Both the position numbers and the translations under genes were made by a program. 64,000 nt of DNA from Hemiscyllium ocellatum (taxonomy: Eukaryota). Numbering within the stretch: the first letter of the stretch is position 1; every line of letters begins with the position of its first letter. This document shows positions 1 through 12,292 of this stretch, piece by piece. The DNA lies in the NCBI RefSeq assembly GCF_020745735.1, contig NC_083414.1:13144001-13208000 (forward strand), read 5' to 3'. The notes below the pieces were generated by a model. That model was not told where the DNA came from, did no database searches, and saw only the letters and a list, made by a program, of their open reading frames with translations.

Positions 1-3000
1 ATTACCAGCAGGCAGCCGTGTATTTGGAGGTTAAGGCCAGGAGTGAGGGGCTAGGTTTGCGGCACTGGCTTTTGGACCCTTTTCTCCGTAAGGATTCCAC
101 ATTTGTGGAATACATTTTGAAGGAGTTTCAGGAATTCTTGACTATCAACTCAGGTACAGCTAGTAGTCCAACTATGCTATGGGAGACTGCTAAGGCCTTT
201 GGTAGGGGATTAGCTATTTCCTATCCAGCTAGCTGGAAACGACAGAAGGAGGAACAGCAGCGCCTACTTGAGACGCAGTTGAAAGCCGCTGAGGTGGCAC
301 ATTTTGCGCGGCCTTCGGTGACTAAGCTACAGCAGATCATGGCTCTCCGGGCTGCCTTGAATTCAATACTGACACAAACCGCAAAGAAAGTACTTGCTTT
401 TGCTAGACAAAGACTGTTCAGAATATGGGGATAGGTCAGGGAAGTATTTAGCGTTCCTGATTAGGAAAAAGTGTGCTCCCCAATCCATTACTGAAATCAG
501 AGGCAGTGCCCGGGTCCTTACATATGATGCTAAAAAGATTAAGGAAGCTTTTCAGAGCTTTTACTCTGAATTGTATTGGTCTGAAGGTTGCGAGGACAGG
601 AGGGCTAAAATGGAGACCTTTATTAAGAACTTGGACCTCTCAGGGGTAACCTTGGAACAGGCTTCTTTCCTTAATGCCCCCTTATCAGTTCAGGAAATAC
701 AGGAGGCAGCCAGGCAACTTCAGAGTAGGAAAGCACCTGGCCCTGATGGTCTTCCAGGTGAGTTTTATAAGGAGTTTATAGGGATTGTGTCAGGACCGAT
801 GTTGGAGATGTACAATCACTCCTATATGCATGAATGCCTACCACCATCTTTGAGAGGAGCTAATATTTCCCTAATTCTTAAGAAGGGGAAGGTTCCTCAT
901 ACAGGCCATCTCTCTATTAAATTCAGATTTCAAGATTCTGTCCAAGATCCTGGCGCTGAGATTGGAAAGGGTATTGCCCCATATTATTAAAGAGGACCAG
1001 ACAGGTTTTATAAGGGGCCACAGGTCCTCTAATAATATTACGAGGTTGCTGAATGTGGTCCAAGTTTGTCAGTAACGATCGATTCAGGGGTTGGTTATTT
1101 CCTTAGATGCAAAGAAAGCATTTGACCGGGTGGAATGGCCATATCTTATTTTCTGTCTTAGAACAGTTTGGGTTGGGTGGAGTCTTTGCTAGGTGCTCTG
1201 GCCGCGGTCATCACCAACGGGGTGAAGTCTGGGAATTTTAGGATTGGAAGGGGCAAGGCTGCCCCCTCTCACCACTGTTGGTTGCATTGGTGATAGAGCC
1301 GCTGGCAGAAGACATTCGTCAAAACGTCCACTTAACCGCTCCAGAAGTGGGACCGAGGGCACACAAGATTACACTGTATGCGGATGATGTCCTTCTGTTT
1401 TTAAATTGAACCCGATGACCTCCGTATCCCATTTGATACAATGTAGCAGTTTGTTAGGGGCTATTTCAGGATATGAGATTAACTTTACAAAATTGGAGGC
1501 TATGCCTTTGGGTAACCTTAAGGATGTACCAGAAGTTGAAGGTGGCCCTAAGTTCCCTTTTAAGTGGTCACGGGCAAGGTTCCGGTACCTAGGCATTTTT
1601 ATTATCCCCCAAGTTGATCTGTTATTTCAGACTAACTTTGCTCACTTGCTCGGCAATATTAGGTGAGATCTCCAGAGATGGGAGGCTCTTCCAATTTCAC
1701 AGCTGGGCCGAATATCTCTCATTAAGATGAATGTTCTTCCTCGTTTGCTTTATCCCATGCTCCCTATAATGTTTCCCAAGTCAACGCTGCGGAAGCTTAT
1801 GGGGTGGTTGGTTCCTTTGTCTGGCATTGTGGGCGGCCCCTCATCAAACTTACTAAATTGCAGTTGCCTCATGGAGGGGGAGGAGTTGATTTCCCAGACA
1901 TCAGGAGATATTAATTGAGTTCCCTGCTGTCCTTTGTCTGTGATTGGGTAGGGAATGATCCAAACTCAATATGGCTGGATATCGAGGCCTCCCAGGCAAA
2001 GTGCCCTCTTATTAACCTATCTTTCATGGATAAGGTGTGGACAGTAATGGACCACTGCCGGAACCCCACTGTCATTCGTACAGTCATGGCATGGAGGGCG
2101 ATGTGTCAGAGTCAGGGTTGTTTATCCAAGATTTCATCACTTACACCTATAGTTGACATGCCAAGGTTCCGACGAGGGATGATGGACTCAGGGTTCAAAC
2201 TACGGGCAGCAAGAGCAGTTTCTAGTTTGGGAGACTTGTTTGAGGGGGAGGTTATGATGTCTTTTGAGCAACAGAGCCGCAAATATGAGTTGCCCAGCAG
2301 AGATCTTTTCCGTTTTTTTCAGTTTAGGGATTTCATCCAGAAAAAGACTACGCTTCTCACTAAGCCCTATAAGCCCGATACAGAGAGGTTGTTGCTACGT
2401 TCCACAAGCACCCTTTCGGTTAGTGCCCTCTATCGCCTGCTGGGTGGCAGGGCCTGGCAGGATATTAACCGGTTATGAGTGGTCTGGGAGCAAGAGCTGG
2501 GAATGGAGGTCCCTTGAGAACATATGGGAGAATACTCGAAAGATCTCAATCTGTAATAGTTCATTCGCTACACAGTTAAAAGTTCTGCACAGGGCTCATC
2601 TGGCACCAGACCGTCTGGCAAAGTTTAAAAAAAGGGGCATCTTCAGTGTGCCCTAAATGTAAAGTAAGTGTAGGTACTCTTACCCATTGCTTCTGCATAT
2701 GCCACAGGCTCCGTGTTTACTGGAGTGCTGTGGCGGGAGAGATAGGGAGGTATTAAGGACTGAAGTCAAAGTAGACACGATATCTCTCCTCTTAGGTCTA
2801 CTGAATTTACCATCTTTGGACGGGCATGGGAAGAAACTATTTAATATTCTTGTATACTGTGCACAGAAGAATATTCTGATGAATTGGGTGTCTGAAAACC
2901 TGCCGGGCTTGCTGGGATGGTGGAAATTAATTACGGAGCACATTCCCTTGGACTTTTTTTTTACAAACATGGTGCACACACAACGGACCATTTTCATAAG

Positions 3001-3410
3001 ACATGGCAGCCCTACTTGAGTTATTTGGACATAGATTTGTCAGTTATCTTAACTAGGGTGTTTGTTTAAACAGGATGATTAGATTCATCAGGCCCTGGAG
3101 GGGGTCTCCTGAGTTAACACGGGTATATATGTAATGCTCCCGTTCCTTTGTTTGGGAGCTTTGCGCCGAGCATAGCTATTCTTTGTCTTTTTTTGTTGCT
3201 TTTCTTTCTTTTAGTTTGTTTTGGTGTTGCTTTGCACAGTGTTAGAGTTTGCTTTGTATTATAGGGTAGGTTAGTAGTTAGTAGATAGTAGCTGTATTGT
3301 AATTTGTGTTTTTTTATTATACTGATTTGTTATTGATTATTTTTTTCAATAATTTTATATGTTTGTAAAGTTAAAAAAATTTGCAAATAAATATATTTAC
3401 AAAAACAAAA
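1..3410 (+). mobile_element. Degenerate L1/Tx1-clade non-LTR retrotransposon (ORF2 RT region, 3' UTR, A-rich tail); runs off the window start; antisense in a FANCD2 intron
   Basis: Frameshifted ORF fragments with L1-type motifs: LWETAKA..RG..ISY, KAPGPDGLPGEFYK, LDAKKAFD (~1103), YADD (TATGCGGATGAT 1377-1388), FRYLGI, MNVLPRLLY. T-rich 3' UTR, then AATAAA and an A-rich end at ~3370-3410. Confidence 0.9.
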
Positions 3411-3469
3411 TGATCAGACTTCGACCCCAGTGGATGCATGCACAAGAAACACTAGTATGGTCAGAATTG

Positions 3470-3600
3470 GGAGAAAGTGAGGACTGCCGATGCTGAAGAC
3501 CAGAGTCAAAAAGTGGGCGCTGAAAAAGCACAGCTAGTGAGGCAGCATCTGAGGAGCAGGACAGTCAACATTTTGAACATAAGCTCTTCATCAGGAATGG
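3470..3600 (-). mobile_element. Short Neptune-like PLE 3'-end copy with decayed hammerhead motif
   Basis: Reverse strand reads CATTC-CTGATGA-AGAGC-TTAT-GTTC-AAAA (core GAAA mutated), followed by the same downstream sequence as the copies at 12153 and 57168. Confidence 0.7.
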
Positions 3601-4077
3601 GGTTTGTTGACATTAAACTAATCAAGGGCTGAGCAAAAAAAGATACTCATAAAAGTCTCTGGGAACAAAACAGACAATCTCCATTAGTTAATTATATTAC
3701 ACAAATTGAGGGGGGCATTTGCCACAATTCGCAATTAAATTTAAAATAAGCAGATCAAAATTATATCTTGGTAATAATATCAGGAAATATAACATCACTA
3801 ATACATTTCAACCCAATCGTTCATGTTGGGTACCCACAGGCTATCCAATACCTGCAAAGGAATTTTATAAAAGGGATTTTGGTAATACAAAACTAGAGTA
3901 TTGGCAAAAATAAACTTGCTGTCAGAGCTGCTCTTGAGATAATTAGTGCTGATTAGTTGGTGAGATGACTAATTTGTTGAGGGGTTGACAGCATTAATGC
4001 ACAAGTGAACAATAACCCCAAAACTTTTGTTTAAAATCAAAATATGACATGTCAATTCCAATTGTATGACAGGCATG

Positions 4078-5077
4078 GAGTCATAGAGATATACAGCACA
4101 AAAACAGACCCTTCAGTTCAACTCATCCATGCTGACCAGATATCCTAACCTAATCTAGTCCCATTTGTCAGCACTTGGTTCCATATCCCTCTAAACCTTT
4201 CCTATTCATAAATCCATCCAGATGCCTTTTAAATGTTGCAATTGTACCAGCCTCCTCCACTTCCTCCAGCAACTCATTCCATCCACATACCACTCTGTGA
4301 AAAACTTGCCCCTTAGCTCCCTTTTATATCTTTTCCTCTCACCCTAAACCTATGTCCTCTAGTTCTGGACTCCCACCCCAATGAGACCATGTCTATTTAT
4401 CCTATCCATGCCCCTCATGATTTTATAAACCTCTATAAAAGGTCAGCCCTCAGCCTCTGACACTCCAGGGAAAACAGCCTCAGCCTATTCAGCCTCTCCA
4501 TGTACCTCAAAACCTCCAACCCGGGCAACATTCCTGTAAATCTTTTCTGAACCCTTTCAAGTTTCACAACATCTTTCCAACAGGAAGGAGACCAGAATTG
4601 CAAGCAATATTCCAACAGTGGCCTAACCAATGTCCTGTACAGCTACAACATGACCTCCCAACTCCGATACTCAATGCTCAGACCAATAAAGGAAAGCATA
4701 CCAAACACCTTCTTCAGTATCCTATCAACCTGCAACTCCACTTTCAAGGAACTATGAACCTGGAATCCAACGTCTCTTCGTTCAGCAACACTCCCCAGGA
4801 CTTTACCATTAAGCATACAAGTCCTGCTCTGATTTGCTTTTGCAAAATGCAGCACCTTGCATTTATCTAAATTAAACTCTATCTGCCATTCTCAGCCCAT
4901 TGGTCCATCTGATCAGGATCCTGTTGTACTCTGAGGTAACCTTATTCATTGTCCACTACACCTCCAATATACCTCCTATGTTCACATCCAAATCATTTAT
5001 ATAAATGTTGTAAAGTAGTGAATCCAGCACCGATCCTTGTGGCATTCCACTGGTCACAGGCCTCCAGTTTGAAAAGC
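4078..5077 (-). mobile_element. CR1/HER1-like LINE 3' fragment
   Basis: Minus-strand ORFs with VRPLLEYC.QFWSP and LERVQKRFT.MLPGL; tail repeat (gagtcata) at 4078. Confidence 0.9.
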
Positions 5078-5592
5078 AGTAGGAATGCAGCAAGAGACAA
5101 TGTTCTGAAGACTTAGTTTTAATTGTGACAGTTCAATTCCTGGACAAATTATTTTTGTCTGCTGAGGACCAAGCCTGCAGGTGAATATGTGTGACTTCTC
5201 ATAAATGTGGGGTGAGCTACACTGCGAATCCAACTGAATTTTAAATTGGATATTTGCATAGTCCTTGGCATACTTGGGATTGTTCCAAGTGCTGAAGAAT
5301 CACATCAATATTAGACATTATGCTTTGAGTTGCACAAATTCATGCTGAGTGAGTACAGTCAACGCTCTACTTTTGGCAATTCTGAACTTGTTTGCAGTTT
5401 CCCACCACCTGCCTCCCTCTCAAAAAATCTCATAGCTATTATATATTCTGCTGTACCTCAATCATCTGGAGTTCAGGTGACAAAACTGCTCATTAGTACT
5501 CCATTAAATAATCGTCCTTGGGGTGAACTAACACGAGCAACAAAAATTAAACATAAAATAAGGTTTCTCGTAATCCCTTTTCAACAACATAC

Positions 5593-5733
5593 TTAGCTTA
5601 TTTGGTTGGTTTCCTTGTTTCAGAATCATTCCAGCTGATTTTAGCAAATGAACAAATACAGTGTCATCATCCACCTCTCCTTCCTGAGCGGATGTAGTTC
5701 GTTTCCTCCCACCAATTTTGCTCTTCTTTGCCT
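5593..5733 (-). CDS. FANCD2: FANCD2 second coding exon (141 nt)
   Basis: Encodes ..AKKSKIGGRKRTTSAQEGEVDDDTVFVHLLKSAGMILKQGNQPNKL, matching vertebrate FANCD2 ([29 protein letters not shown]). CAG acceptor at 5736-5734 with pyrimidine tract, GTATGT donor at 5592; phase 1 on both sides, compatible with the upstream exon. Confidence 0.93.
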
Positions 5734-5830
5734 CTGGGCGGTACAAAAGCAGTAGAAAAAGAATCCCTTTATTAAACAATGATTGAACCTCTACAATTTC
5801 TCTTAAAGTCATTGATTTCATGTGTATAAT

Positions 5831-5856
5831 ACACACACACACACACACACACACAC
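5831..5856. repeat. (AC)13 microsatellite
   Basis: Read directly from the sequence. Confidence 0.95.
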
Positions 5857-6949
5857 TTCAGCATCAATTTATAATCTGAACACAAAGACACTGGTATCCA
5901 AAACTTTGTGTATGCCTAATTCAAACATCCGTCAGTTTTCAGTTTCACAAAAACTGATGAGGGTTGGTTAATATTTCTGCACTAGAACTATTCCTTTTTT
6001 GTTAAGTCAGGCCATTGCAAAGGGTGCTTTTCTATTTTTGCTGTCCAGTGTTCGCACCAAGCACTCAAATATAACAGCACTAGTTCCACCAAGGTATGAA
6101 AAGTTTAAGATTTGCTGTCTCTGACACTGAGAAAGTATCAAAAACCTGTCGTTTCTTAATCTTAAATGACAGTTACATAATCCTGGAGAGCAGCAATAAT
6201 GATGTACAGATAGAAAGAGAAAATAAATGTGCCTCTATATTGATTCCAACAAGGTAAGTTTCTCCACCTAACCAGCAGAAAAAGAAATGATCGACACAGC
6301 ATATAAAGAATTTCACCACACTTATCCAAACTGGCTTGCCTCAGAAACAAGATAAGAGTCTAGAAGTAAAGTGGTTATCATGACATCGTGCATGAACAAA
6401 CAGATTGCTATCACCAATCAACATCACAAGGCCAGAAATTTCACTTGGGAGACTGACCACAACACCAACATCAGACAGTAATCTGTGTCATTGTTTGAGG
6501 AGTGATGGTAAAAAATAGCAACATTGTGGTCACTCTGTAACAAGTGCAAACAGCAACATGAAGCTCCCCAAACCTTGTTATGCAACATGCAGAAAGAGTA
6601 ATGCTGCTGAAAAGAATAACGCACTGCCAAAGCTTTTTGTCATTAGGACAAACCTAAGAGTGGCAAATTTCAAATGATCACAACAGTTAATACAGCAGGA
6701 GATATTCCTTTCCACCAACTGTTGCCCATCTCCAATTACTTCCGAATCAAGTGGCTTACTCAGTCAATTCAGAAGGCAGTTAAGAGTCAACCATTCAAGA
6801 GTTATAGACCAGTTAAGTTCTTTTTAATTAAAATTCATGACAGTTTTTATGGCACCATTACAGAGATGAGCTTTTAGTTCCAGATGGGGATTAAATGAAT
6901 TAGCTAAATTCCACCAATTATTGTGGTTGGATTTGAATCGCTGTCACCA

Positions 6950-7403
6950 CAGCACCTTCCTCTGCTACCGCAGGAATTGCAAAATCTGCACCCACACCTC
7001 CCCCCTCGGCCCCAAAATGAGCCTTCCACATCCATCGGAGTTTTACCTGCACTTGCACACATCATTTACTGTATCTGTTACTCCCAATGCAGTCTCATCT
7101 ACATTGGGGAGACAGAACACCTAATTGCGGAGTGCTTCAGAGAACATCGCTGGGGCACCCGCACCAACCAATCCCACCGCCCCGTTGTCGAACACTTCAA
7201 CTCCCCCTCCCACTCCGCCAAGGACATGCAGGTGCTGGGCCTCCTCCATCGCCACACCCTAACCACCCGACACCTGAAGGAAGAACACCTTATCTTCCAT
7301 CTTGGATACCTCCAACCTCATGGCTTCAATGTGGACTTCACTAGTTTCCTCATTTTCCCCTCCCCCCACCTTATGTAACTCGGCACTGCCCTCATGTCCT
7401 GTC
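6950..7403 (+). mobile_element. Neptune-like Penelope element, GIY-YIG endonuclease end (5' part, split by a CR1 insertion)
   Basis: ORF 6923-7378 contains IIYCICYSQCSLIYIGET..FREH..VVEHFNSPSHS..EEHLIFHLGYLQPHGFN, a GIY-YIG domain with C-x2-C. The element resumes at 9701. Confidence 0.85.
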
Positions 7404-9700
7404 ATAGACTCAGATATACGACATGGAAACAGACCTTTTGGTCCAACCCATCCATGCTGACTAGATATCCCAACCCAATCTAGTCCCAACTGCCAGCACC
7501 CAGCCCATATCCCTCCAAACCCCTCCTGTTCATATACCATCCAAATGCCTCTTAAATGTTGCAGTTGTACCAGCCTCCAACTTTTCCTCTGGCAGCTTAT
7601 TCCATACACGTACTAATCTCTGCATGAAAACGTTGCCCCACAGGTCTCTTTTATATCTTTCTCCTTTCATCCTAAACCTATGCCCTCTAGTTCTGGACTC
7701 CCCAACCCCAGGGAAAAGACTTTGCCTATTTACCCTATCCGTGCCATTCATAATTTTATAAACCTCTATAAGGTCACCCCTCAGCCTCCAATGCTCCAGG
7801 GAAAACAGCCCCAGCCTATTCAACCTCTCACTATAGCTCAAATCCTCCAACCCTGGCAACATACTTGTAAATCTTTTCTGAACCCTTTCAAGTTTCACAA
7901 CATCTTTCCGATAGGAAGGAGACCAGAACTGCACGCAGAAGTGGCCTAAACAACGTCCTGTACAGCCGCAACATGACCTCCCAATGCCTGTACTCAATAC
8001 TCTGGCCTTCTTCACTACCCTATCTGCCTGCGACTCCACTTTCAAGGAGCAATGAACATGCACTCCAAGTCTCTTTGTTCAGCAACACTCCCTAGGACCT
8101 TACCATGAAGTGCATAAGTCCTGCTAAGATTTGCTTTCCCAAAATGCAGCACCTCGCATTTATCTGAATAAACTCCATCTGCCACTTCTTAGCCCATTGG
8201 CCCATCTGGTCAAGATCCTGTTGTAATCTGAGGTAACCCTTTTTGCTGTCCACTACACCTCCAATTTTGGTGTCATTTGCAAACTTACTAACTGTACCTT
8301 TTTTGCTCACATCCAAATAATTTATGTAAATGACAAAAAGTAGAGGACCCAGCACTGACCCTTGTGGCACTCCACTGGTCACAGGCCTCCAGTCTGAAAA
8401 ACAACTCTCCAACACCACTCCCTGATTTCTACCTTTGAGCCAGTTCTGTATCCAAATGGCTAGTTCTCCCTGTATTCCATGAGATCCAACCTTGCTAATC
8501 AGTCTCTCATGGGGAACCTTGTCGAAGTCCATATGGCCTTACTGAAGTCCATATAGATTACATCTACTGCTCTGCCCTCATCAATCCTCTTTGTTACTTC
8601 TTCAAAAAACTCAATGAAGTTTGTGAGACATGATTTCCCATGCACAAAGCCATGTTAACTATCCCTAATCAGTCCTTGCCTTTCCAAATACACGTATATC
8701 CTGTCCCTCAGGATTCCCTCCAACAACTTGCCCACCCCCAAGGTCAGGCTCACTGGTCTATAGTTCCCTGTCTTGTTCTTACCACCCCTTCTAAACGGTG
8801 GTACCACGTTTGCCAACTTCCAGCACCTCACCTGTGACTATCGATGATACAAATATCTCAGCAAGAGGCCCAGCAATCACGTCTCTAGCTTCCCACAGAG
8901 TTCTCGGGTACACCTGATCAGGTCCTGGGGATTTATCCACCTTTATCCGTTTCAGGACATCCAGCACTTCCTCCTCTGTAATTTGGATATTTTCCAAGAT
9001 GTCACCATTTATTTCCCTACAGTCTATATCTTCCATATCCTTTTCCACAGTAAATACTGATGCAAAATACTCATTTAGTATCTCCCCCATTTTCTGTGGC
9101 TCCACACAAAAAGGCCGCCTTGCTGATCTTTGAGGGGTGAAAATGTGTTGTTGGAAAAGTGCAGCAGGTCAGGCAGCATCCAAGAAACAGGAGATTCGAC
9201 GTTTCTGGCATAAGCCCTTCTTCAGGAATCTTTGAGGGGCCCTATTCTCTCCCTAGTTACCCTTTTGTCCTTAATATATTTGTAAAAACCCTTTGAATTC
9301 TCCTTAATTCTATTTGCCAAAGCTATCTCACATTCCCTTTTTTCCCCTCCTGATTTCCCTCTTAAGTATACTCCTACTTCCTTTATACTCTTCTAAGGAT
9401 TCACTCAATCTATCCTGTCTATACTTTACATATGCTTCCTTCTTTTTCTTAACCAAACCCTCAATTTCTTTAGTCATCCAGCATTCCCTATACCTACCAG
9501 CGTTTCCATTCACCCTGACAAGAATTTACTTTTTCTGGATTCTTGTTATCACATTTCTGAAGGATTCCCATTTTCTAGCCATTCCTTTGCCTGCAAACAT
9601 CTGCCTCCAATCAGCTTTCGAAAGTTTTGCCTCATACCGTCAAAATTGGCCTTTCTCCAATTTAGAATTTCAACTTTTAGATCTGGTCTATCCTTTTCTA
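7404..9700 (-). mobile_element. 5'-truncated CR1/HER1-like LINE (~2.3 kb) with 7-bp TSD TCCTGTC
   Basis: ORFs with KSPGPDQVYPRTL, FDKVPH, SGVPQGSVLGPLLF, KFANDTK, LERVQKRFT. TSD at 7397-7403 and 9701-9707. Confidence 0.92.
9138..9227 (-). mobile_element. 90-bp solo HHR-bearing PLE mini-insertion inside the CR1, 12-bp TSD
   Basis: ATCTTTGAGGGG at 9126-9137 and 9228-9239. Reverse strand reads ATTC-CTGAAGA-AGGGC-TTAT-GCCA-GAAA-CG-TC-GAAT. Confidence 0.88.
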
Positions 9701-9935
9701 TCCTGTCCTCCCTGTCTATCTTCCTTCTCACCTATCCACTCCACCCTCCTCACCAACCTATCATCATTACCCCACCTCCATTTACCAATCGCACACTAAG
9801 CTATCTTCCCCCAGCCCTACCCCCCATTCCATTTATCTCTCCACCCCCCTCGGCTCACAAGCCTCATTCCTGGTGAAGGGCTCTTGCCCGAAATGTCGAT
9901 TCTCCTGCTGTGCTTTTCAAGCATCACACTCTCAA
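9701..9935 (+). mobile_element. Neptune-like PLE 3' UTR (continuation of 6950-7403) with mutated hammerhead
   Basis: C/T-rich UTR, then ATTC-CTGGTGA-AGGGC-TCTT-GCCC-GAAA-TG-TC-GATT at ~9866-9901. Confidence 0.8.
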
Positions 9936-9989
9936 CAGCAGAGTATTGTTACTAGCCCTATATTAACACTACACCATCATCTCTGTCAG

Positions 9990-10730
9990 AGAGAAATGTG
10001 TAGCTCAGATGATTTCAAGTCAAATTTCATCCTCGGACTGGAGTACAAAAATCAAGGCTGACACTCTTAGTGCAGTACTGAGGGATTGCTGCGCTGTCTG
10101 AGGTGCTGTCTTTCAGATGCACACTTAAACTAGAAACCTATCTGCCTGCCCACATGACTATATAGGATCGCATGGTGTTATTTCAATGAAAATTAAGGGA
10201 GTTATCCTGGTACACTGGCCAATATTTATTGCTCAATCAACAACACAAAATTAAATTATGTGGTCATTATCTCACTCTTTTAGGTTAGATTATTTTACAG
10301 TGTGGAAACAAGCCCTTCGGCCCAACAAGTCCACACCGACCCGCCGAAGCGCAACCCACCCATACCCCTACGTTTACCCCTTACCTAACACTACAGGCAA
10401 TTTAGCATGGCCAATTCACCTGACCCGCACATCTTTGGACTGTGGGAGGAAACCAGAGCACCTGGAGGAAACCCACGCAGACACGGGGAGAACGTGCAGA
10501 CTCCACACAGTCGGTCGCCTGAGTCGGGAAATGAACCCGGGTCTCAGGCGCTGTGAGGCAGCAGTGCTAACCACTGTGCCACTGTGCCGCCCACATGTGC
10601 CACCATGCCGTACCGCTCTTGTGGGAGCTTGCTGTGCACAAATTGGTTCCTGCATTTCTACACCTCAATAAAGTACTCCACTAGCTGTAAAGCACTTTGA
10701 GATGGCTGGTGGTGGCAAAAAGTCTTATTT
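9990..10730 (+). mobile_element. Old Deu-domain SINE (SacSINE/AmnSINE-like) interrupted by a V-SINE
   Basis: TGCAGTACTGAGGGATTGCTGCGCTGTCTGAGGTGCTGTCTTTCAGATG (~10071-10119) resembles the DeuSINE core; the 3' part resumes at ~10615. Boundaries approximate. Confidence 0.6.
10280..10591 (-). mobile_element. HE1-like tRNA-derived V-SINE
   Basis: Reverse strand: A-box (TGGCACAGTGG), B-box-like GGTTCATTTCC, V-domain (TGTGTGGAGT..GGGTTTCCTCC..CCCACAGTCCAAAGA), LINE-like 3' end. Confidence 0.88.
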
Positions 10731-11354
10731 AAGACCATAAGACATAGGAGCAAAAGTTGCCATTCAGCACATCTAACATACTCCACCATTCAATGAGATC
10801 ATGGTTGATCTGATCATTCTCAACTCCACTTTCCTAACTTTTTCTCTAACCCTTTATTCCCTCTTTGAATGTACAGGGAGGACTGACTTACAAACATCTA
10901 ACTAACAAACTCTTTTATTTGTGAGCATGATCCCTCACAGTGATAGATTAGTATTGATTCTGTCTTTAATTCCAACGTGCAAGGGTTTCCCCATATTTAC
11001 AACCCACTGCTATATTTTAGCCTGCACTGCATACAAATCAACAGGAGAAAGGACTCTAGAGCAGAACCCATTTAGAATGGGGGGGGGGGGTCTACCTGTA
11101 CTTACAGGAACCAGCCTTGACAGCCTTTGTAGTTTAAGAAAAAGAAAATCAACAAATTTACTTCCCCTCACTTTTACCTTAAATATGTAATCCTTTACTC
11201 TGAGATTATGCCCCCTGGTCCTAGACTCTCCCACAAGGGGAAAACTCTCCACATCCACCCTGTCAAGTCCCTGAAGGTGCAAGCCTTCTTTCCCCTTTCG
11301 TGAGAGCAACAAAGCAAAGAAAAAGTTCAAAAATAAGTTTATGAATCGGATTAC

Positions 11355-11424
11355 TTGATAAATCTTTAGCATTGGCCTCATCGTGCTCATCGGCCGACTT
11401 GGACAGTCTTCTTTTGGCCACCAT
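11355..11424 (-). CDS. FANCD2: FANCD2 first coding exon (70 nt coding)
   Basis: ATG at 11424 gives MVAKRRLSKSADEHDEANAKDLS, matching the FANCD2 N-terminus MVSKRRLSKS. GTAATC donor at 11354; A|AG joins in frame to the 5733 exon. Confidence 0.93.
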
Positions 11425-11469
11425 GATATGAAGCCAAGGCCTCCCTCCACCTCCTTGACTTCACTCACT

Positions 11470-11620
11470 CATTCAGCCCGCCACTAGAGCCTGGCTACTG
11501 CGCATGCGTCACCGTCGGGAGCCGTCCCCGGGCTCAATACGCACGCGTCACTTCACGGTAACTGCACCTGTGCATTGGGCAGGAATGCATCACGGGATTT
11601 GTAGTTCTTCCCCAGGTAAG
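11470..11620. promoter_or_regulatory. CpG-rich FANCD2 promoter with NRF1, ZNF143/SBS and E2F-like motifs
   Basis: TGCGCATGCG at 11499-11508 (NRF1). Reverse strand ACTACAAATCCCGTGATGCA at ~11586-11605 (ZNF143 extended motif) and TGGCGGG at ~11477-11483 (E2F-like). Local CpG enrichment. Confidence 0.75.
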
Positions 11621-12152
11621 CCCACACATTATGCTTCTCAAACAGACAATGCTGCAAATCCTGGCCAGATCAGGCACCAGAAAGAAACGGCATTCAAGTT
11701 TCCGAACTATTTTTCCAGCATCTTGTGTTTTCATTTCAAATTTCCAACAACTCCATCTTTATGTTTTTGTTTGGTAGTGGCCATTCCTTGGGATTTAGAC
11801 TCCATTCAGTTTTTTTAAAGAACATTTTTAAATGTTGGAAACGTTCAAGAGGCATCTGTAGCAAAAATAGACAAAGTTGATATTTTAGGTAAAGTAAAGG
11901 CAAAATCTTGCAGATGCTGGAAGTCTGACATATTGGAGGCTTTATCTTAGCACCAACATTTTGCCAAACAACGCAAGATATATTCAGATAATCTGACAGA
12001 AGAGAGAAGTACTGTGAATGTTTCAGATCCAAGCATTCCATTAGCAACTTTTGGATCAGAATTTTTGCTTTCGGATTTCATCTAAGCTTTACAGAATTTG
12101 CAACTTACTTTAAGTATCTGCCCAATCCGTAATCAACAGTTAGTTGTGGTTG

Positions 12153-12292
12153 GAAGAAAGTGAGGACTGCAGATGCTGAAGAGAAAGAATCAAAAAGTGT
12201 GGCGTTGGAAAAAGGACAGCAGGTCAGGCAGCATTCAAGGAGCAGGAGAGTCGACGTTTTGCACCTAAGTCCTTCATCAGGAATGTGGAGAG
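12153..12292 (-). mobile_element. Solo HHR-bearing PLE 3'-end insertion, 10-bp TSD
   Basis: GTTGTGGTTG at 12143-12152 and 12293-12302; reverse strand CTGATGA..AAAACGTC (stem II decayed). Confidence 0.75.

Noticed and set aside
3780-3860. Minus-strand acceptor-like TTTGCAG as the next FANCD2 exon
   Set aside because: The translation does not resemble the expected VDQ..FQKKL segment; the next exon probably lies outside the window.
5528-5854. 108-aa ORF as a standalone gene
   Set aside because: It starts in the (AC)n microsatellite; only 5593-5733 is a real FANCD2 exon.
10520-10591. tRNA gene
   Set aside because: The A/B boxes belong to a tRNA-derived SINE head; there is no complete cloverleaf and it continues into a V-domain.
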